A program made the position numbers and the translations under genes. Of a stretch of DNA of 64,000 nucleotides, positions 1-12,565 are shown piece by piece; position 1 is the stretch's first letter, and the number at the start of each line of letters is the position of its first letter. The notes under the pieces were generated by a model. That model was not told the origin of the DNA. It did not search any database and saw nothing but the letters and a program-made list of their open reading frames with translations. Origin of the DNA: Nemertoderma westbladi (taxonomy: Eukaryota > Animalia > Xenacoelomorpha); the NCBI GenBank assembly GCA_032718475.1, contig JAUCBJ010008122.1:1-64000 (forward strand). The letters run 5' to 3'.

Positions 1-1531
1 GCAGAATAACTATGACTAAATATTATTCTCTATATACTCATACATGCCGGTACTGCGCCTAAGCAATACCGGTACTGCACCTAAGCAATACTAAATACTG
101 ACTGTATAACCCGTAGGCCTACCAGCTGCCACCGAAGTAATGGTTGCCATGCAACGCACTCAACAATATCCCTAATACCAAGTAGTAGTATTCCCACAGA
201 AACCAATGAACATTTAGTGCTGCATTAGTGATGTCACTAAATTCTGTTTTCCGAAACGGCCAACGTCGCCAACCCCATTTAGCTAGGCTCACCGCGGGTA
301 AGCTAGACTACCTTTAAAGTGAAACCATTTTTTATATTAAAGTGGCCACATTCAGCCACCGTACAAAACAGTGTGTTAACAATATACAGGAATTACCGGT
401 ACAGGTTCGAGTAGGCAGACACAAGCGATGCAATCTGTATAAAGTCGCTACAATCAACTAGAACGTCTTCAGTGTATTGAAATTTTAACATTAAATTTTT
501 ATATAACAGTTCTCGCCTCTTAAAATAACACGCTTCGCTGACGCTGGTATTTTAATTCGCTCGAATATACCCCTAAATCAGGAGAAAAACGAGTACTTTT
601 TTCCCTCGGGAAAAAAGTAACCTTTAGGATTACATTGAATTTTTTTACCTGGCCAAAAAAGTAAAATAAAATACGTTTCGTGGAATTAGTACCCAACAGT
701 ACCCCAAGTACCCAACAGTCTAATCATATCCAATATCTAAGCTTTAGGCCTAAATAGTACTGCAGTGGAGATCCTGAGATGTTAGAACCAGTACAGGAAT
801 TTATTATATTAAGTATTTAAGCAAAATAAAATGATCAGTTCTTCGATCTGATTACGTTGATGTTGCAAATACGTTTAAAGAAGATGATAGAAGAATATAA
901 TACTGAATATCAGTCTACTTGGGAAACATAGTAGTACATCGACCAATCAATACGAAACCCGCAGGAGATCAGCATGACAACATTCATAATTATTCATGGC
1001 TCAAGACTTGAGGCAACAAAGGGCTTATTTTTTATATTCAATGACGATAATTAAATATTGAGAGTGTCATAGATAACAAGGGTCAATTCCTCAATTACTA
1101 TTGCTAATTATTAGATAATAATAATATTTGAATAATGATAGCGATAAATTAAATATCTACTTAAACTTGGTATGCTCTAAGACAATAATAATTCATCTAT
1201 ATTTGTAGGAATTACCCCATATGTTTTGTGTCATTAGTTATTCCAGTAGCGATGCAATGTAGTCTCGGTTGAGAGTGAGAAACTATCAACAGAAAACAAT
1301 TGGGCTATCTCAGATAACTAACTTAAGATAATAATTCCATTATTTACGTGGTATTTCTTACTTTTTGTAACAATCGATGGGTTAATTAGTTACCATATTA
1401 CAACGCAACGCATATCATTAAATTACGACTATATTAACATTAATTTAAAACAATCAACACAAATTATTATATATTTCATAAATAATTATATTATTTTAAA
1501 GAAACGTATTTTATTAAAATCATTATTAGTG

Positions 1532-3520
1532 ATGATGAAAATGGGAGAATCAAATAATAAAATCGACAATTCTGAGAAATTAGAGAAAATGAAGTCACGT
1601 AAGAAAAGTTTGTACGGTTGGAATTCCTTTCACCCAAAAAGCCTTCAATTTATGAACAACCCGCGGTGGTTATTAATAATTGGTACGACTATAACCGGGA
1701 TCCTTAACGCAGAGGTTTTCGCCTTCACAAATGCAAACTACTCAATTCTAGAACGATTGTACGATTTGAGCTCATCGCAGACAGGCGTTATTGCGGCGAC
1801 ATACGATATCGCGCTGTTTATCACCGCTATCCCGGTGTCCTTTAAAGGCAGCGGTGGTAACAACAGACCCCGTTTCATAGCAACCGGAATGCTAACATGC
1901 GCGGTAGGGTGTCTCGTATTCGTTCTGCCGCAAATACTCGTTAACAACAAAATTACCTTCAATTCAGACCACAGCAACACAACCAACGAATCAACATCAA
2001 CACTTCCAAAAGAAACTAACAGTAATATAGCATTTGTGTACCCGATGTTATTGTTGGGACAGGCGATTATTGGTGTGGGGAACTCGATGGTGGTAACGTT
2101 GATTCCTGCCTTCATTCACGACAACTGTCCTCCTGCATCCACGCCACGGTACCTCGGGATATATATGGGGGCGAGCCATCTAGCCGTGGTGATCGCCTTT
2201 GTATTGAACGCCGTGTTCCAGATGCTGCCCCAGTATCTCGGGAACTCGGGAGGTGCGGATTACGGTGACCCTCGCTGGGTCGGCGCGTGGTACTTAGGTT
2301 TCCTTCTAGTCGCGTGTCTCTTAATAATTCTAGCCCCCGCGCTGTTGGGGTTCCCTAACAGACTTTCCAAGAGGGACGAATGGGATGCCGAGAGGCGAAA
2401 CGAGGCACACACTGGCGATACTCTACCGCCGGTTAATTCGAATATATTCCGGAACGCTAAGAATTTGCTGCCAATGCTTCTGATCTTGCTAAGGAATCCA
2501 GTTTACATGTTGGTTATCGCCGTCTATTGTATTAATAGTTGGGGATTTAACAGCATTGTGCCTTTTATTATTAAATTTTACGAACATCGATTCGGTTTCT
2601 CTCCAAGTACCGGGTCGCTTATTCTCGGTCTGTTGATTTTACCCTGTGGATGTGCGGGAATGATCGCAAGCGGCGAGATAACGCGTAGATTAAGTCTAAC
2701 CGTAGACAAGATAATGAAGTTAATTTGTCTCGCTTTCCTGATACAAATTCCGATGTCGTTGGCATTTCAAGTGGGATGTGCTGTCACTCCGTTTCTCGGG
2801 ATAGACCAACCGTACCCTGCGCAGACTAACAGGCCCGAGGCGAAGCCTCAACTAGCAGCCGGATGCAACGCCATCTACCGCTGTTCAATGGAAAACTACG
2901 AACCGCACTGCTACAACGGGACCAACATATACTCACCGTGCTTCGCTGGTTGCCACGACGGCGTGTGCGACTGTCTGACCCCAGAGCTGCGACCCGCGTT
3001 CAAAGAGAAGCTCTGCGCCGAGAGTTGTCGATGGACCCCGGCGCACTTCGCCGTCTTCGCCTGCGCGATATTCACTAACTTTGCGGGTTACGGACCGCTG
3101 TTAGACCTTTCAATGCGAGTCGTCCCGGGTGAGGTAAAGAATTTAAGTCGCGGTTTGCATCACAGTCTCATCGGGCCAATAGCATCCATCCCCGCGCCAA
3201 TAGTATTCGGGGTGGCAGTAGACGCCACCTGCGCGATATGGTCTGCGGTCTCAGACTGCGTTCGCTACGATTTGGGGCTTCTCAGTTGGGGCTTCACAGC
3301 CATGATTGGTGGGCCGGGCGTGATCTGTGCGACACTCATGTTTATCGCCTATAAACTGTACCGCAAAGAGCCGTCCAATGGGGATGTCGAAAACAAAAAC
3401 TCGCTGGCTCAATCATCTACCAACCAACCGGAAAATGGGGACATTGCCATTATAGGAGTAAATGGAGGTATATCACCAATAGATATATATATGGTCGAAA
3501 GGGGAAGTACGAATGTTTGA
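1532..3520 (+). CDS. Organic anion transporting polypeptide (SLCO/OATP family), intronless, ~662 aa
   Basis: OATP signature DPRWVGAWYLGFLL, many hydrophobic TM segments, Cys-rich Kazal-like loop (CNAIYRCSMENYEPHC...YSPCFAGC), GPIASIPAPIVFGVAVDATCAIW. First ATG at 1532 (the ORF track starts at GTG 1529). Subfamily not assignable. Confidence 0.92.
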   Translation: MMKMGESNNKIDNSEKLEKMKSRKKSLYGWNSFHPKSLQFMNNPRWLLIIGTTITGILNAEVFAFTNANYSILERLYDLSSSQTGVIAATYDIALFITAIPVSFKGSGGNNRPRFIATGMLTCAVGCLVFVLPQILVNNKITFNSDHSNTTNESTSTLPKETNSNIAFVYPMLLLGQAIIGVGNSMVVTLIPAFIHDNCPPASTPRYLGIYMGASHLAVVIAFVLNAVFQMLPQYLGNSGGADYGDPRWVGAWYLGFLLVACLLIILAPALLGFPNRLSKRDEWDAERRNEAHTGDTLPPVNSNIFRNAKNLLPMLLILLRNPVYMLVIAVYCINSWGFNSIVPFIIKFYEHRFGFSPSTGSLILGLLILPCGCAGMIASGEITRRLSLTVDKIMKLICLAFLIQIPMSLAFQVGCAVTPFLGIDQPYPAQTNRPEAKPQLAAGCNAIYRCSMENYEPHCYNGTNIYSPCFAGCHDGVCDCLTPELRPAFKEKLCAESCRWTPAHFAVFACAIFTNFAGYGPLLDLSMRVVPGEVKNLSRGLHHSLIGPIASIPAPIVFGVAVDATCAIWSAVSDCVRYDLGLLSWGFTAMIGGPGVICATLMFIAYKLYRKEPSNGDVENKNSLAQSSTNQPENGDIAIIGVNGGISPIDIYMVERGSTNV

Positions 3521-4722
3521 ATAAGCAGGAAAAGGTACACTAAAGCAGTACGGTTAATTCGATTGGGTAGGAGGCAAGCTAAAGAAGTACAGATGATAAC
3601 TGGGAAGAAATACACAAAAATAAGTCACGTTTGATCAAATATAAGTATATGTGTGATTAATTAGAATAAAGATCGGACAATGTTTAATCAAAAAGATGGA
3701 AATGTTCTATAAGAGTTATTGTTATTAATTAATAGTTAACTCCATTTCCGGATTTTTCGGTTCATGATGCAGATAGTAGGGTCATCAATCATCATGGTAC
3801 AATCCTCCAAGAACTGGCAAACATTCATTATATTAAATATATAATTACACTGAGCTTTAATGTCAATCTAAATTAAATAATGATCAAATAAATGGCACAC
3901 ATGCTCCCGACCTTCCAAGATTTCGCACTGGGATCTCGCTTCGGCTACCTTGCATTTATACGTCTACCTACCGCTACATTCAAGGTAAAACGTTCTATCA
4001 CTTCAATGAACTTCCAAAAGGTAAAACAAAAATTGAAGCATAGGGTAATTAATAGAGTACAGTGCACTATAGTGAGTGAACGGGATCCCGTTGCAACACT
4101 ACAGTGCACCCGCAAAGAGGACGTAAGAGCACATTGGGAGAGTAAATTTGATAAATCTAATGTAAAACCTGTTGATACCTGTTGCAGACCCGTATATAGT
4201 GATTTTTCCCTTCACTAGGGTTCTTCAAGGCAGACAAATCAGCCATGCCAAGCTCCGAACTTCAGCACATTGTTAGGAGATAGGACGTAGTTACAATGGC
4301 AGACTACAACCTAACCAAAACAATAAAACAGCACCAATAGATCCTGTTTCAGTTTTAATTTTGCTCGTAATCAGCTCTTATTTGCGTCGATATTCAACGG
4401 GAGAGGGATGAATTATGATAGCGCCATAACCCCCACCACTACCAACCCCAATTTTTACGTTGTCAACGTTGTGACGTCAACACAAACTTTGGACCACTGC
4501 GTGTAATCTGGAAAAGATAAAATAATGTGAATACGACGCAGGACCCAGCATTTTGAAGGAAAGCAACAAGCATATTAAAAAGTGAGTTGACAGTTAGGAA
4601 GGAAATTGACTTTTAGTTAAAAAACAACCAGCGCCGGGAAAAAACATCTAACCATTCAGTATCAATAATAATTTAATAATATAACAAACACCGAACACGA
4701 ACTAGAAGCACATGGAATACGA

Positions 4723-5229
4723 TTAACTTGGGTTAGTTTGGTCGGAGTGTCTAATTATTCCCCGGTCTATCATGTCGGGTATCTCCACGGCCATCCAGGG
4801 CCCCAACCCCAGCGCCATCGCGTGAGCTATACCGAACTTGGGCGCATTACGACCCCACAACGGCTTAAAATGATCAGACAAACAGATTTTACCCCCTCGG
4901 TACATTTTCGCAGTCTTTCCATCCAACTCTGGGATGGCGATCTCTGGGACTGTAGCGGGGTAGGTTATGGCTATATCGAATTCGATATCGAATTCGTACT
5001 TTTTGAGGTCCTGTATGTGCCAACATTTGCCAAACCATCTAGTCCCATCCTTGTTCGACTCCAACCGGAACCAATCATTGTCGTCCTTCTTGTTCTTCTG
5101 AACGTAGGCTATCAGCGACTGGTACTCCTCTTTCAGTCTGTTGACCCATTTCTCTTTGTCGCGAGGTCCCGCGTTGGTCTTTAGCAACGGGATTGCTCCC
5201 AGAGTTTTTTTAGTTGCGTCATCAACCAT
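4723..5229 (-). CDS. UFC1: Ubiquitin-fold modifier-conjugating enzyme 1 (UFM1 E2), intronless, 168 aa
   Basis: Highly conserved sequence: [39 protein letters not shown] (catalytic Cys), [16 protein letters not shown]. Confidence 0.97.
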   Translation of the reverse strand: MVDDATKKTLGAIPLLKTNAGPRDKEKWVNRLKEEYQSLIAYVQKNKKDDNDWFRLESNKDGTRWFGKCWHIQDLKKYEFDIEFDIAITYPATVPEIAIPELDGKTAKMYRGGKICLSDHFKPLWGRNAPKFGIAHAMALGLGPWMAVEIPDMIDRGIIRHSDQTNPS

Positions 5230-6875
5230 GCCGGAACGGTGAATATGGAGTTTGTTTAACTTTTTAACAGAAGCCTAGCCTATGGCTGTATGGTGCCGGT
5301 AATACAGTCAGACAGTTGGTGAAATATAACGACAATCCCATAAACTGATAAAGCAGTAAAGTAAAGGTAGGCCTAAACTCTAACTGTTGCCTGGTAGCCT
5401 AGCTGGTAACCCACTCCGGTTACAGTACCGGTAATCAGTAATAACGGAAGAGGGAAATCAGGAATTGGGCGGCATCAACCATATTTCAAAAACAACGGTG
5501 GCCGCGGTGGCAATAAGCCCCGGTCAGCCGGTGGCACTGTGGTGTGGCTGGCACTGCCACACTAATTGGTTTGAAGACAAATTATCTGCACTGCTAAGCC
5601 AGTAAACGCCGCAGTGCAGTACTGCAGTTACCGCTACTTTCGTACTGATGTTCAGTGCAATTCAGACAAGCCGGTTCGTGTAAATCTTTCCGACCTCGCG
5701 CGGGCCTACGGCTACGCGTAGATGTAACTTCCATTCCACATTCCTGTCATTCAATCATTGTCAATTACTCGACCAGACTTACTGCTGTACTGCCCTTTTA
5801 ATAATACTGAACTACGCCTATGTGATTTATTACTACGAACGTATTTTGAAACTACGCGTAGTACTTGTATGTATACGCGTATGGGCGTAGGTGCTCGTGC
5901 TACGTGTAGGGTGTAGAAGTCCTCCCACTAGCGTAGCGAGGGTAGGGTCCCAGGGTCCCGGGACCCTACCGTGGAGATTCCAACTTACACTAACTCTGAG
6001 AGCATTTTGCCATCGTCAAGTTCCGTTAAATTAAAAAAATTATAATGACAAGTGCAATAAACCGAATATTAGAAAATATTCGAAGTTGAAGTTGCCTTGG
6101 GAAGGAGCCCGACCCCAGACCAGATACAATCCACATTATCCCAGGCAGGTTGCCAAATAAAATAAGTAGTACAGTAGAAAGGAGACCATATACCCACCCC
6201 ATCAAAGTGTTGTAGCCAGCCCTCCAGCCACACTACCAATAATTCCCACAGGCACCCCCCCCCCCCCCCCCCCCCCCCCCGCCCCCCCCCCCCCCCGCCC
6301 CCATGATAGGGCATCATAATATCATACAATATTCTTAGAAACCCAGCTTATTGCTTAGGCCTATATTATATAATCTCTCAACCAGTTTAATAGTCTGTAA
6401 TGTAACACAATGAAATGGAGCCCAATTGACCACTGCAGGGGGGCGCCCACTGGCTCCTTCCTGCCTTGGTTTCTGTGCTTTGGTTAGACGACGTCGCTGT
6501 GCCTTGCCTGTCAAGCAGGGTTCAACCAATGAAAGATAGCATAAATAAGATAGGCACTCTGACTCTGATGTAATATAATGAATTATGTAATTTTTTCTGG
6601 GTACACTGACCAACGTGATTGGATATTGCGTAGCTTGTCTTGCCGAGTCACAACTAAATAACCTGTGGGTGGCTATGTATTTTAATTCAATATTATTATT
6701 AATACCATAAAATTACTTTGAAATGTAATTAATTAGAACATTAATTTTTTTTAACAAAAAGTTTTTTTTTTGACTTTCAACAAATCAAAAAAGTGTATTT
6801 AATATTGTACCGGGACCATAATTAGTTCAATTTCAAAATGTGGCAGTTTATAAAACAATGTACCATGGTGTGGGG

Positions 6876-7376
6876 TGGGGGATTGTTTCACGAAGCGACA
6901 TTTAACTAAATGGGAATCGCCGATTTGTAAATAAGGTATTTAAAAAACGGAAGCACATTTAAATTTTACGTCACTAAATTTAAATGACTTGAAAGGGTAA
7001 AATTGAAATTTGCCTACTGTCATTTTGCAATACTTTTATGTTATCAATACATGTTGTTATGATTCTATGGTAGTATAGTACAAGTTTTTTTTTTAAGAAT
7101 AAGTTAACTGTTCTTAATAGAAATATTATTAAATTTACTGAAAAGCCATGACAGCATGACGACCAGACCAGTTGCTATGCCGTATAACTATTATTATGTT
7201 AATGAGTTTAAATGACACATCATTTACGTAAATGATTTAAAGCTAAATAACAGGGGGATAAATGACACGCGAATAGCAGTTTCTTGAAACATAAAAACTT
7301 TCTGTTATAATTAAAGTATTATTTTTAATCTTTCCAATTAAGCCAAATTAAATGACCGTATGTAAAACAGTCCCCT
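6876..7376. mobile_element. MITE (PIF/Harbinger-like termini) nested in the hAT-like element
   Basis: Imperfect ~28-bp inverted termini GGGGATTGTTTCACGAAGCGACATTTAA vs GGGGACTGTTTTACATACGGTCATTTAA (rc); TSD unresolved. Confidence 0.55.
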
Positions 7377-7590
7377 CAGTTTAATTATAATATTAATTTA
7401 ATTTATTAATTCAATTTCATTTGTAATTTCAGTAACTTACTTTATAACTATGATTTTATCATATTATTTCTTAATAAATTAGTAAATTACTCATCTTTAC
7501 TGGGGGGGGTGGCTTTACTGGGGAAATGAACATGTACTGGTGCGCATTACTCAGAATGAATAGTATACCGACTACTGTACTACAGGCTAC

Positions 7591-7937
7591 AGGTTGGGTG
7601 CAACCTTCGCCCGAGTACAACCTTCGCCCGCGTCCAATCTTCGCCCGCGTCCACACTTCACGCCGGGGAAAACCTTCACCCGCAAGGCAGTCTTCCACCG
7701 CGAACAACCTTCGCCCAATAAGATTTGTGCTAGCAACCATTTTAGTTACCAATTAAGGGAAATGAGCAGGTTACAGAGACGGCTTCTTCTAACCAATACA
7801 ATAAACGATGTTGTTACCAATTTAAGGTATGGAGCAGGTTACAGAAACGGCTTTTTCTAACCAAAACAATAATTGTTTACTTTGCGATGGTTGCTCGCGG
7901 GAGAAGATTGTCTGCTGGCGAAGTTTGCTGCGTACCC
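7591..7937. mobile_element. Small element with subterminal CTTCGCCC repeats and an internal ~65-bp repeat shared with 25605-25800
   Basis: Repeated ACCTTCGCCC motifs on the left, inverted GCGAAG motifs on the right; internal GAGCAGGTTACAGAG...CTAACCAAAACAATAAACG also occurs at 25615-25800 and near 26820. Confidence 0.45.
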
Positions 7938-8551
7938 TACAAAACATTACACATCACTTTAAAATTCCAAACAATCACACCTGGACTACGCTGGGGGGGG
8001 GGGCTCTTCCCCCACACCCACAACTACTATAAATATGAATTACAATTTGGGGTCTGGGACCCTACCGTAGGAAATTCCTGGCTACGCGGCTGAGTCCTCC
8101 TGATAACAAAAATTTACATTCCAGGTCCGGTAGGGGCTGAGTTGTTAGGTAAGAAGTATCGGTATATGTCTGATTCTGGTATCTCATTATCAGACAAACT
8201 AAAATAACGGTATCGGTAGCTTTATTCTCTAATGTATAATGTACACTGGACAGCCCACTGGGTAATAATTTTCGGTTTTTTTTTACATAACATAGGATTA
8301 ATAAAAATAAGATTATATAATAATTGATGCTCTCGATTCTTTATTTACATCGCTTCGCTACGCTCGGTAAATAAAATATATCGAGTATAGTGAAAATATG
8401 CAATGTTCTACATAATTATATTCATTTACCATGCAATAAATAATTATAGTTAGAGCAGCGAGATGATCGCGGGACAATACCAATTACGGTGAATTATCAT
8501 ATTGATGATTGAAATATTATCACAAATAAACATTATGTATGATTTACTCAC

Positions 8552-8809
8552 CTCGAGTAAGGAGTCACCAGCTAAAACCTGGAGTAAGGAGTAACCATGG
8601 CGATGTTTCACGTTAGATGAGTTATCAGCGGCGAACAGACTTGTGAAGTCAAACATGGCAATATCCTCCTGTCCGTAGTTGTTAATGGCGTAGTCCATAG
8701 TAGGAAGTTTACCTTCCGTAGCGAAGTTGGCGGCGTCACGGGCATATGCGAGTAGGGCTTCGCGGTTAAAGTTGGAAGGGGAGAGAAGCATGTTGGTATC
8801 TGCAAAGTC
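8552..8809 (-). CDS. MICAL: MICAL coding exon 7 (monooxygenase domain)
   Basis: DFADTNMLLSPSNFNREALLAYARDAANFAT...DIAMFDFTSLFAA...LQVLAGDSLLE; acceptor cccattag, donor GTGAGT; 258 nt, phase 0/0. The next exon (expected PFWP...) was not found in the window. Confidence 0.92.
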
Positions 8810-11800
8810 CTAATGGGAGAAAGTTTATAGTTGTAGTTGGAAGGGGAGAGAAGCATGTTGGTATCTGCAAAGTCCTAATAGGAGAAAGTTTATAGTTGTA
8901 GTTGGAAGGGGAGAGAAGCATGTTGGTATCTGCAAAGTCCTAATAGGAGAAAGTTTATAGTTGTAGTTGGAAGGGGAGATAAGCATGTTGGTATCCGCAA
9001 AGTCCTAATGGGAGAAAGTTTATAGTTGTAGTTGGAAGGGGAGGGAAGCATGTTGGTATCTGCAAAGTCCTAATAGGAGAAAGTTTATAGTTGTAGTTGG
9101 AAGGGGAGAGAAGCATGTTGGTATCTGCAAAGTCCTAATAGGAGAAAGTTTATAGTTGTAGTTGGAAGGGGAGAGAAGCATGTTGGTATCTGCAAAGTCC
9201 TAATGGGAGAAAGTTTATAGTTGTAGTTGGAAGGGGAGAGAAGCATGTTGGTATCTGCAAAGTCCTAATGGGAGAAAGTTTATAGTTGTAGTTGGAAGGG
9301 GAGAGAAGCATGTTGGTTGCAAAGTCCTAATGGGAGAAAGTTTATAGACGTAGTTGAAAGGGGAGAGAAGCATGTTGGTTGCAAAGTCCTAATGGGAGAA
9401 AGTTTATAGTTGTAGTTGGAAGGGGAGAGAAGCATGTTGGTATCTGCAAAGTCCTAATGGGAGAATGTTTATAGTTGAAGTTGGAAGGGGAGAGAAGCAT
9501 GTTGGTATCTGCAAAGTCCTAATAGGGGAAAGTTTATAGTTGTAGTTGGAAGGGGAGAGAAGCATGTTGGTTGCAAAGTCCTAATGGGAGAAAGTTTATA
9601 GATGTAGTTGGAAGGGGAGAGAAGCATGTTGGATGCAAAGTCCTAATGGGAGAAAGTTTATAGTTGTAGTTGGAAGGGGAGAGAAGCATGTTGGTATCTG
9701 CAAAATCCTAATGGGAGAAAGTTTATAGTTGTAGTTGGAAGGGGAGAGAAGCATGTTGGTATCTGCAAAGTCCTAATGGGAGAAAGTTTATAGTTGTAGT
9801 TGGAAGGGGAGAGAAGCATGTTGGTTGCAAAGTCCTAATGGGAGAAAGTTTATAGTTGTAGTTGGAAGGGGAGAGAAGCATGTTGGTTGCAAAGTCCTAA
9901 TGGGAGAAAGTTTATAGTTGTAGTTGGAAGGGGAGAGAAGCATGTTGGTTGCAAAGTCCTAATGGGAGAAAGTTTATAGTTGTAGTTGGAAGGGGAGAGA
10001 AGCATGTTGGTATCTGCAAAGTTCTAATGGGAGAAAGTTTATAGTTGTAGTTGGAAGGGGAGAGAAGCATGTTGGTAACTGCAAAGTCCTAATGGGAGAA
10101 CGTTTATAGTTGTAGTTGGAAGGGGAGAGAAGCATGTTGGTTGCAAAGTCCTAATGGGAGAAAGTTTATAGTTGTAGTTGGAAGGAGAGAGAAGCATGTT
10201 GGTATCTGCAAAGTCATAATGGGAGAAAGTTTATAGTTGTAGTTGGAAGGGGAGAGAAGCATGTTGGTATCTGCAAAGTTCTAATGGGAGAAAGTTTGTA
10301 GTTGTAGTTGGAAGGGGAGAGAAGCATGTTGGTTGCAAAGTCCTAATGGGAGAAAGTTTATAGTTGTAGTTGGAAGGGGAGAGAAGCATGTTGGTATCTG
10401 CAAAGTCCTAATGGGAGAAAGTTTATAGTTGTAGTTGGAAGGGGAGAGAAGCATGTTGGTTGCAAAGTCCTAATGGGAGAAAGTTTATAGATGTAGTTGG
10501 AAGGGGAGAGAAGCATGTTGGTTGCAAAGTCCTAATGGGAGAAAGTTTATAGATGTAGTTGGAAGGGGAGAGAAGCATGTTGGTTGCAAAGTCCTAATGG
10601 GAGAAAGTTTATAGTTGTAGTTGGAAGGAGAGAGAAGCATGTTGGTATCTGCAAAGTCCTAATGGGAGAAAGTTTATAGTTGTAGTTGGAAGGGGAGATA
10701 AGCATGTTGGTATCTGCAAAGTCCTAATGGGAGAAAGTTTATAGTTGTAGTTGGAAGGGGAGAGAAGCATGTTGGTATCTGCAAAGTCCTAATGGGAGAA
10801 AGTTTATAGTTGTACTTGGAAGGGGAGAGAAGCATGTTGGTTGCAAAGTCCTAATGGGAGAAAGTTTATAGTTGTAGTTGGAAGGGGAGAGAAGCATGTT
10901 GGTATCTGCAAAGTCCTAATGGGAGAAAGTTTATAGTTGTAGTTGGAAGGGGAGAGAAGCATGTTGGTATCCGGAAAGTCCTAATGGGAGAAAGTTTATA
11001 GTTGTAGTTGGAAGGGGAGAGAAGCATGTTGGTATCCGCAAAGTCCTAATGGGAGAAAGTTTATAGTTGTAGTTGGAAGGGGAGAGAAGCATGTTGGTAT
11101 CTGCAAAGTCCTAATGGGAGAAAGTTTATAGTTGAAGTTGGAAGGGGAGAGAAGCATGTTGGTTGCAAAGTCCTAATGGGAGAAAGTTTATAGTTGTAGT
11201 TGGAAGGGGAGAGAAGCATGTTGGTTGCAAAGTCCTAATGGGAGAAAGTTTATAGATGTAGTTGGAAGGGGAGAGAAGCATGTTGGTTGCAAAGTCCTAA
11301 TGGGAGAAAGTTTATAGTTGTAGTTGGAAGGGGAGAGAAGCATGTTGGTATCCGGAAAGTCCTAATGGGAGAAAGTTTATAGTTGTAGTTGGAAGGGGAG
11401 AGAAGCATGTTGGTATCTGCAAAGTCCTAATGGGAGAAAGTTTATAGTTGTAGTTGGAAGGGGATAGAAGCATGTTGGTTGCAAAGTCCTAATGGGAGAA
11501 AGTTTATAGATGTAGTTGGAAGGGGAGAGAAGCATGTTGGTTGCAAAGTCCTAATGGGAGAAAGTTTATAGATGTAGTTGGAAGGGGAGAGAAGCATGTT
11601 GGTTGCAAAGTCCTAATGGGAGAAAGTTTATAGTTGTAGTTGGAAGGGGAGAGAAGCATGTTGGTATCTGCAAAGTCCTAATGGGAGAAAGTTTATAGTT
11701 GTAGTTGGAAGGGGAGAGAAGCATGTTGGTATCTGCAAAGTCCTAATGGGAGAAAGTTTATAGTTGTAGTTGGAAGGGGAGAGAAGCATGTTGGTATCCG

Positions 11801-12296
11801 GAAAGTCCTAATGGGAGAAAGTTTATAGTTGTAGTTGGAAGGGGAGAGAAGCATGTTGGTATCTGCAAAGTCCTAATGGGAGAAAGTTTATAGATGTAGT
11901 TGGAAGGGGAGAGAAGCATGTTGGTTGCAAAGTCCTAATAGGAGAAAGTTTATAGTTGTAGTTGGAAGGGGAGAGAAGCATGTTGGTATCTGCAAAGTCC
12001 TAATGGGAGAAAGTTTATAGTTGTAGTTGGAAGGGGAGAGAAGCATGTTGGTATCTGCAAAGTCCTAATGGGAGAAAGTTTATAGTTGTAGTTGGAAGGG
12101 GAGAGAAGCATGTTGGTATCTGCAAAGTCCTAATGGGAGAAAGTTTATAGTTGTAGTTGGAAGGGGAGAGAAGCATGTTGGTATCTGCAAAGTCCTAATG
12201 GGAGAAAGTTTATAGTTGTAGTTGGAAGGGGAGATAAGCATGTTGGTATCTGCAAAGTCCTAATGGGAGAAAGTTTATAGTTGTAGTTGGAAGGGG
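8771..12296. repeat. 65/62-bp minisatellite, ~55 copies, made of the MICAL intron 6/exon 7 junction
   Basis: Unit GTTGGAAGGGGAGAGAAGCATGTTGGTATCTGCAAAGTCCTAATGGGAGAAAGTTTATAGTTGTA; the 62-bp variant lacks ATC. The leftmost copy overlaps exon 7. Confidence 0.97.
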
Positions 12297-12395
12297 TTGT
12301 GCTGTATAAAGTAAATAAATAAATGTTTATTATATTAATTTTCACATAATATACCAAACACAATAGAAAATACCGCCATTGATGATAAGACTTAC

Positions 12396-12527
12396 TTCAA
12401 TAATAACACCTTTATTGATGAGATTTCGTTTCTTAGCCGTCATTACAAAATAATGAGTTTCATCTTTATAATATACTATGTTCTCCAAGTCAATGCCTTC
12501 TTTCGCTTTGAGATTATTGAAGAATTC
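12396..12527 (-). CDS. MICAL: MICAL coding exon 6
   Basis: [44 protein letters not shown] (MICAL motif [22 protein letters not shown]); acceptor ttctgcag, donor GTAAGT; 132 nt. Not in the ORF track. Confidence 0.93.
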
Positions 12528-12565
12528 CTGCAGAATTATTAAGATTTTAAGATTAAGATTTTTAA

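Larger units (their letters stand above)
5926..8092. mobile_element. Non-autonomous hAT-like DNA transposon with nested smaller elements
   Basis: Perfect 8-bp TSD AGTCCTCC at 5918-5925 and 8093-8100; imperfect TIRs CACTAGCGTAGCGAGG / CAGCCGCGTAGCCAGG (rc of right end); GGGACCCTACCGT motif near both ends; no transposase ORF. Confidence 0.8.

Noticed and set aside
3892-4218. 108-aa ORF between OATP and UFC1
   Set aside because: No recognisable motif; the length is compatible with chance.
4738-5184. Antisense or alternative-frame ORFs over UFC1, OATP, GTF2F2, Gag and the lectin
   Set aside because: Shadow ORFs of real coding sequence with no independent support.
1-8551. Next MICAL exon (PFWPxGTG)
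   Set aside because: A visual search for the reverse-complement codons found no match; presumed to be outside the window.
8771-12296. Recursive splicing or tandem micro-exons as an explanation of the 65-bp array
   Set aside because: The acceptor is AG|GA, not AG|GT, and the consensus unit has no GT on the sense strand, so it offers no donors.
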